From Macrostomum lignano (taxonomy: Eukaryota): 35,747 bases of DNA. The stretch is from positions 1 to 35,747 of the forward strand of contig NIVC01004759.1 of assembly GCA_002269645.1 (NCBI GenBank), written 5' to 3'. A program made the position numbers and the translations under genes. Of this stretch, positions 35,401-35,747 are shown piece after piece; within the stretch, counting starts at the first letter, position 1, and the number at the start of each line of letters is the position of its first letter. The notes beneath the pieces were generated by a model. The model searched no databases, was not told the origin of the DNA, and saw only the letters and a list, made by a program, of their open reading frames with translations.

Positions 35401-35747
35401 CCCACTGTTAACCCGTTCACCGAGGAGGTGAGCGCTGCAGCCTCCCAGATCCTCAGGCTGTACCCAGGACAACCTTCCAGACCCTCAGGCTGTACCCACC
35501 AACCTCCCAGACCCTCAGGCTGTACCACCAGCCTCCCAGACCCTCAGGCTGTACCCACCAGCCTCACAGACCTTCGAGTGAACACCTTGAAGCAGCAAAA
35601 GCCATATAGCATCATCCCACTCTGCCAACAGGTGATCTGCGAAGTCGCCTTCTGCGGAAGGCCGACGTTGACGCCGCCGTGGCCGCCGCCTCTGCGGCCT
35701 TCCACTCCGGCGAGTGGGGCCGCATGAACGCGCGCGACCGCGGCCGT
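29490..35747 (+). CDS. ALDH1L1: 10-formyltetrahydrofolate dehydrogenase (ALDH1L1/ALDH1L2 family), 5' part, with three apparent -1 frameshifts
   Basis: Exons 29490-29616, 29717-29781, 30615-30784, 30863-31028, 34116-34560, 35008-35427 and 35632 to the window end. Motifs [41 protein letters not shown] site [12 protein letters not shown], and the start of the ALDH domain. L1 and L2 cannot be separated. Confidence 0.95.
29845..30490. repeat. 27-bp minisatellite (TGTGAGAACGTGAAGAATCTCATGGGG) with 30-bp variants
   Basis: ALDH1L intron 2. Confidence 0.96.
31064..32413. repeat. 16-bp satellite (AAACCCGAAATATCAC), about 1.35 kb
   Basis: ALDH1L intron 4. Confidence 0.97.
32411..32500 (+). mobile_element. 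tRNA-derived CORE-SINE-like remnant
   Basis: B-box-like GATTCGATTC, then CCTTGAGCAAG..ACTTAGCTCTGCATTGCTTCAGTTCACCCAGCTGTAAAATGGG, collinear with the MIR/CORE consensus as recalled. Confidence 0.6.
33372..33990. repeat. 21-22-bp minisatellite (CTCCCAGAACTAGAAATCCCAA)
   Basis: About 28 copies in ALDH1L intron 4. Confidence 0.96.
34640..34978. repeat. 35-bp minisatellite (TGTACATTTGAACTTGAAATCTCGTYCCNRNCCAA)
   Basis: Units start at 34658, 34693 and onward; about 9-10 copies in ALDH1L intron 5. Confidence 0.95.
35438..35572. repeat. About 30-bp tandem repeat (CCCAGACCCTCAGGCTGTACCCACCAGCCT)
   Basis: About 4.5 copies in ALDH1L intron 6. Confidence 0.88.

Overview
Eukaryotic (metazoan) genomic DNA with spliced genes. 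GC-rich exons interleaved with minisatellite-filled introns resemble the flatworm Macrostomum lignano, but the species cannot be verified from sequence alone. I reconstructed five multi-exon genes by hand using GT-AG sites, phase matching and recalled homology: a secreted PAN/apple + fibrinogen-domain protein (-), chaperonin CCT4 (-), an uncharacterised DUF7153-like protein (-), TTC12 (-), and 10-formyltetrahydrofolate dehydrogenase ALDH1L (+, cut by the window end, with three apparent -1 frameshifts). Between them lie a decayed DIRS/Ngaro-type tyrosine recombinase, a probable non-autonomous Helitron carrying a satellite, CORE-/tRNA-SINE remnants, MITE-like pieces and about 20 different tandem arrays. 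The strongest second-look signals are sharply bounded CpG-depleted domains over the 5' ends of the conserved genes, a near one-array-per-intron pattern, and the recombinase fossil. I found no CRISPR array and no convincing new multi-gene system.
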